Shown: positions 61,432 to 64,000 of the stretch, piece after piece
Position numbering within the stretch: position 1 is the stretch's first letter
How the letters are laid out: each line of letters begins with the position of its first letter
DNA from: Candidatus Bathyarchaeia archaeon
GTDB lineage: Archaea > Thermoproteota > Bathyarchaeia > Bathyarchaeales > Bathycorpusculaceae
Assembly: GCA_049521795.1 (NCBI GenBank)
Contig: JBEKOM010000002.1
Location: 224,940-288,939 of the forward strand
Direction of reading: 5' to 3'
DNA: 64,000 nucleotides
Notes under the pieces: generated by a model
The model's database searches: none
What the model was told of the DNA's origin: nothing
What the model saw: only the letters and a program-made list of their open reading frames with translations
Program-made: the position numbers and the translations under genes

Positions 61432-61722
61432 ATGAAGATGCCAAGACGGCTACCAGAAAAAACCAAGAACGCACCAAGCAAGCCTCGAAGGTTCGGAAGT
61501 CAAAGCAGGTATCGTGCGAGCAGACCGTTCTTGCAGTCAAGGCCAGTGAAGGAGAATCAGGAGATGGAAGTCGTCATCGACGACATAGGAAGCAGAGGCG
61601 ATGGAATAGCCAAGATAGAAGGCTACCTCATCTTTGTTCCGCGCAGCAAGATCGGAGAACGGGTCAAGGTCAAGATCAGGTCAGTGGGAGAGAAGTTCGC
61701 CCTCGCGGAAAAACTAGCATGA
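61432..61722 (+). CDS. Single TRAM domain protein
   Basis: IDDIGSRGDGIAKIEGYLIFVP. Confidence 0.9.
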   Translation: MKMPRRLPEKTKNAPSKPRRFGSQSRYRASRPFLQSRPVKENQEMEVVIDDIGSRGDGIAKIEGYLIFVPRSKIGERVKVKIRSVGEKFALAEKLA

Positions 61723-61737
61723 ATGGAGTGGACAAGC

Positions 61738-62028
61738 TTGAAAATCAATGAACTGCACGACGGAATGAAACGCGTTAACGTTCAAGCCCGAGTCACAGAA
61801 AAATCAGACCCCCGCGAAGTCGTTTCTCGCTTCAAAGATCAAACATACCGAGTCGCCACGGCCACGATCTCAGACGAAACGGGCACTGTGAAGCTGACGC
61901 TTTGGAACGACCAGATCGAGTTAGTTAACGTCAACGACACAGTAAGAGTTGAAAACGGCTACGTCACAAGCTTCAGAGGCGAGATCCAGCTCAACGCTGG
62001 AAAATACGGCACACTGACAGTTGAGTAA
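61738..62028 (+). CDS. ssb: Single-OB single-stranded DNA-binding protein
   Basis: KINEL..GMKRVNV, DETGTVKLTLWND, ENGYVTSFRG. Confidence 0.9.
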   Translation: MKINELHDGMKRVNVQARVTEKSDPREVVSRFKDQTYRVATATISDETGTVKLTLWNDQIELVNVNDTVRVENGYVTSFRGEIQLNAGKYGTLTVE

Positions 62029-62080
62029 GTTCATCTGTAGGTGGGTCAGTATCCATCCGCAAGTGTGAGAGGTGAAGTGA

Positions 62081-62362
62081 ATGGAAGAAAGAAGATTCGG
62101 ATCTAGAAGAGGAGGATTCGGAAGACGTGAAAGAGGCGGGTTCACACCAAAACCCGTTGAGGCTGGCAAAGAATACGAGGTAAACATTGAAGAGCTCAGC
62201 AGCCGGGGAGAAGGAATAGCCAGAGTGCAGGGCTTAGTGATATTCGTGCCGAACACGAAGCAGGGTGAACACGTGAAAATCAGGGTTACGAGGATAAGCA
62301 GAAGGTTTGCAGAAGCCGAGGTTGTTGGAAAACCAGAAGCTGGAAGCGAACAAGAAGAGTAG
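62081..62362 (+). CDS. Single TRAM domain protein with RG-rich N-terminus
   Basis: KPVEAGKEYEV..LSSRGEGIARVQGLVIFVP; GAGGTGA RBS. Confidence 0.92.
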   Translation: MEERRFGSRRGGFGRRERGGFTPKPVEAGKEYEVNIEELSSRGEGIARVQGLVIFVPNTKQGEHVKIRVTRISRRFAEAEVVGKPEAGSEQEE

Positions 62363-62616
62363 GCTGACAAAAGAACAGCCCGCGCGAATCCCCGATCGAC
62401 TGGCATTCGTTCGCGGCTATGTATTTTGTCTCTATGACTATAATAAGCTTCTGAAACCTTGTTCTATGATAAGAAATGTCTCAACTTCTGAAAAATCTGA
62501 ATCACTTTACACTTGTAGTGCAGCGTCCTCCGTCTAGTCTTAGTGCGACAGGAGGTGGCCAAGCTCGATTTTATTTAATGCCTAAGCCCCGAAGAAGGGG
62601 GCGCTTCCTGGAAAAA

Positions 62617-63057
62617 TCATTTTTTCTTGAAGAATAACCAGTTCTGCTTACCCTTTAGCTTGACGAGGACGTAGGACCCCCGTAGCTTTTCGCCGTTTAT
62701 TTCCACGATGAGTTTGTCCTCCTTCCTGTCCATCAACTTGTACGTTCCCTTATCCCAGATCTCCACCGTTCCAGCGCCGTATTCGCCCTTAGGAATTGTT
62801 CCTTGAAAAGTGGCGTATGGTATGGGGTGGTCCTCAACCTGGACCGCGAGTCTTTTGACACCCAGGTCGATGGGCGGCTCTTTCGGGATTGCCCAGCTTT
62901 TCAGCGTGCCGTCCATTTCCAAGCGCAGGTCGTAGTGCAGATGTGTTGCAGCGTGTTTCTGAACAACGTAGATGCAGCCCTGTCCTTCTCGTAGCTGGCC
63001 TTTAGGCTCCGCTGTCTTGTCGAAGTTTCTCTTGTTCTTATGCTCCCTCAAGTTCAA
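62617..63057 (-). CDS. Stand-alone LigD 3'-phosphoesterase (NHEJ)
   Basis: [43 protein letters not shown]. Confidence 0.92.
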   Translation of the reverse strand: MNLREHKNKRNFDKTAEPKGQLREGQGCIYVVQKHAATHLHYDLRLEMDGTLKSWAIPKEPPIDLGVKRLAVQVEDHPIPYATFQGTIPKGEYGAGTVEIWDKGTYKLMDRKEDKLIVEINGEKLRGSYVLVKLKGKQNWLFFKKK

Positions 63058-63277
63058 ACAGCGATTCTCCTCTCACACGAACCTCTATCTGCTCGGATGT
63101 TTTTGGCTCTAGGAGGAATTCTCTGAGGTCAGCGTTGGACATACCCGCTTTGCCACTGATCTTCTAGCGCGCGCTAGCCACGCCTTTCACATGTGGCATG
63201 TCATCCTTGAGTTTCAGTCTTCCGGCCTGCGTCACTCTGTTCGATGTCTTGGCAATTAAACTTTCCCAGCGTAGTGC

Positions 63278-63465
63278 CTAGAAAGGAGAGCTGGTTTGGA
63301 GGTTAAAAAAGAGAGGGATTACTCTAGGAGTGTTTTTTGACGATGCTTTATATATTTGCTCCCGTAGAGTTGTGAAGGTGTCGTGGTGGTCTTTCTCGTC
63401 TTTCAGTATCTCCATGAAGAGGAAGGCGGTTGTCTCCTCGCTCTCTTTGCGGGCGGCCTCGATAA
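63278..63465 (-). pseudogene. C-terminal fragment of a ferritin-like protein
   Basis: IEAARKESEETTAFLFMEILKDEKDHHDTFTTL; begins at GCGCACGC junction. Confidence 0.7.
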
Positions 63466-63473
63466 GCGTGCGC

Positions 63474-63608
63474 CATGAAATCACAGATTAAACTCGGTTT
63501 TCCCTCTGCAATATTGTGCAGAAAACCAAGATAAGGTTCAAGCTTAGCTTTAATCAGAGCATGATGCACTTTCCACGACAGCCTTTCATAAGCCAAATTG
63601 AAAACATA
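63474..63608 (-). pseudogene. cas1: Internal fragment of a Cas1-family integrase
   Basis: VFNLAYERLSWKVHHALIKAKLEPYLGFLH..EGKPSLICDFM matches the Cas1 N.Y...GLDP..GFLH...PSL..D motif. Confidence 0.8.
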
Positions 63609-63722
63609 GCGCTTGCTAACCTAAACAGTGACTACGACGGTGATGGCGACTAATATTTTCGCGCGCCAAAAAATCTTATATCTAAGTAATTGCTCCTTTC
63701 TGAATAGAAGTTGTGATTATTC

Positions 63723-64000
63723 ATGGCTGTTAAAACAACAACAGGATATATAGACTTGCTAAACAAAGCTGTTGAGCGTGAAATTGCCGTTTCACTTCAG
63801 TATATGCTTCAACATGCAAAAATGGAAAAGCTCGTGCGCAGAACAATCCCTGAAAACGTCCTTCTGGACAAAACCACCTATGACGCCGTTGGAAAATTCC
63901 TAAGAGAAATTGCCATCCAAGAAATGAAACATGCCGCAAGCATAATAGCGCGTATTTACTATCTTGGAGGGAAAGCAACCACTAAATCCGGCAAACCTAA
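63723..64000 (+). CDS. Ferritin-like/bacterioferritin protein (runs off window)
   Basis: Manual translation: IDLLNKAVEREIAVSLQYMLQH...EIAIQEMKHAASIIARIYYLGG. Confidence 0.88.
   Translation, partial: MAVKTTTGYIDLLNKAVEREIAVSLQYMLQHAKMEKLVRRTIPENVLLDKTTYDAVGKFLREIAIQEMKHAASIIARIYYLGGKATTKSGKP

Noticed and set aside
60974-61540. 188-aa minus-strand ORF
   Set aside because: Overlaps genes at both ends and has no recognisable motif.

Overview
Archaeal chromosomal window, most likely Candidatus Bathyarchaeia. This is an inference from egsA, aCPSF1, psmB, TFB, an eL22-like protein, frequent TTG/GTG starts and expanded cohesin/dockerin/NosD/PQQ surface proteins. Layout: dpp ABC operon (1-2.8 kb); a cell-surface protein island rich in cohesin, dockerin and CARDB modules (about 5.9-24.9 kb); a housekeeping block (24.9-43.5 kb); an accessory region 3' of an intron-containing tRNA-Gln (43.5-52.8 kb); then tfb, SUI1, a catalytically dead thiolase with a DUF35-HMG-CoA synthase fusion, TRAM-SSB-TRAM, a LigD phosphoesterase and a scarred end with cas1 and ferritin fragments. 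The most striking unexplained signal is a set of short alternating (GC)n palindromes of 6-10 bp. They mark most gene boundaries in the island and sit exactly at the breakpoints of truncated, chimeric gene fragments. They also form the ends of a two-copy MITE-like element. This suggests an undescribed GCGCGC-centred DNA cassette joining/shuffling system acting on an archaeal cohesin-dockerin surface toolkit. Three operator motifs and a box C/D sRNA predicted to target 16S C1402 were also found. All family calls come from motif recognition by eye; no database searches were run.
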